DNA from: the human T2T-CHM13v2.0 reference genome, Homo sapiens
Length of the DNA: 64,000 nt
Direction: 5' to 3' (one strand)
NCBI RefSeq assembly: GCF_009914755.1
Contig: NC_060931.1
Shown piece after piece: positions 62,071-64,000 of this stretch (within the stretch, counting starts at the first letter, position 1; each line of letters begins with the position of its first letter). The position numbers and the translations under genes are program-made. The notes under the pieces were generated by a model. It did not search any database and was not told where the DNA came from. It saw nothing but the letters and a program-made list of their open reading frames with translations.

Positions 62071-64000
<1,930 letters not shown>

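Overview
This is AT-rich primate genomic DNA, most likely human or great ape given the AluY-lineage and L1PA2-type elements. It is intergenic or deep-intronic and dominated by transposable elements. I recognise no host protein-coding gene, RNA gene or CRISPR array; the longer or recognisable ORFs in the track are decayed LINE-1 ORF1/ORF2 fragments or Alu/L1 antisense read-throughs. Main L1 content: a TSD-flanked full-length L1PA15/16 (18687-25187), an internally deleted L1PA7 (28820-34027), a 5'-inverted L1PA2 (44179-45486), an L1PA13-like element (56533-62089) and a young L1PA2/3 running off the 3' end. Also present: about 12 Alu elements or fragments, THE1C, MSTC and MLT1 MaLR elements (one with LTR-internal-LTR structure), MADE1, MER20, L2, L3 and MIR. 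The most notable observation is a ~1.35 kb polyadenylated insert at 57653-59002, with AATAAA, poly(A) and a GAAAGT TSD, sitting in the ORF2 start of the L1PA13-like element. It carries L2 and FRAM sequence and looks like a retrocopied 3' UTR or orphan transduction from another locus. Other observations include three template-switch-type palindromes, a young inverted AluY pair, a ~100 bp local duplication and a motif-dense candidate enhancer. I found no evidence of a wholly new multi-gene system. Subfamily names come from recalled consensus sequences and need RepeatMasker/Dfam confirmation; boundaries of the old repeats are approximate.
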